Shown: piece by piece, positions 26,966 through 27,100 of the stretch
How positions within the stretch are numbered: position 1 is the first letter of the stretch
Layout of the letters: each line of letters begins with the position of its first letter
NCBI GenBank assembly: GCA_041752695.1
Contig: JBGSVZ010000091.1
Location: 1-27,100 of the forward strand
Origin: Terrimicrobiaceae bacterium
GTDB taxonomy: Bacteria > Verrucomicrobiota > Verrucomicrobiia > Chthoniobacterales > Terrimicrobiaceae
Direction: 5' to 3'
DNA length: 27,100 nucleotides
Program-made: the position numbers and the translations under genes
Notes under the pieces: model-generated
What the model was told of the DNA's origin: nothing
The model's input: the letters and a program-made list of their open reading frames with translations, nothing else
The model's database searches: none

Positions 26966-27100
26966 TGAGGTGGACCCCAAAAATCGGACCAGTGGTTAAG
27001 CTATAGATTTTGCGGGAATCGGGAGGGAGGGATACAAGGAAAAAGCCGATGAAAGGAAAACGCAGAAGACACGAGCCGGAGTTCAAAGCCCGAGTGGCGC
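26966..27100 (+). mobile_element. IS3-family insertion sequence, left end, truncated by window edge
   Basis: TGAGGTGGACCCCAAAAATCGGACCA...; identical to the copy at the window start in inverted orientation. Confidence 0.9.
27049..27100 (+). CDS. IS3-family transposase OrfA, N-terminal fragment
   Basis: ATG at 27049 gives MKGKRRRHEPEFKARVA. Confidence 0.85.
   Translation, partial: MKGKRRRHEPEFKARVA

Noticed and set aside
26966..27086. N-terminus of ORF 26556..27086
   Set aside because: It is antisense IS sequence fused by chance in frame to the reductase fragment.

Overview
Bacterial DNA, probably Verrucomicrobiota-like (inferred from protein families such as the DUF3379-type anti-sigma factor; not verified). 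Both ends carry the left end of the same IS3-family element in inverted orientation (1-140 and 26966-27100), and each copy interrupts a gene. About 141-10888 is the right part of an integrative element ending in a 3' fragment of tRNA-Pro(CGG) (att site). It holds a tyrosine integrase, an XRE repressor, a divergent primase plus AAA_25 helicase operon, a structured non-coding region, and cargo: two Mrr-type nucleases, an exported nuclease-toxin-like gene pair and small hypothetical genes. The layout is phage-satellite/PICI-like, with no virion genes seen. 11132-16905 is a GntR/LacI-regulated amino-sugar catabolic operon (two Gfo/Idh/MocA dehydrogenases, TIM-barrel epimerase, PIG-L deacetylase, NagB-like enzyme). 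16886-26965 is an arsenosugar-associated-type cluster (TIGR04282/DUF2064, GT87-like, DUF547 lipoprotein, ECF sigma/anti-sigma, GT2, MtnK-like kinase, desaturase, rhodanese, membrane polyferredoxin, IS-broken FAD oxidoreductase). All family calls come from motif recognition by eye; no searches were run.
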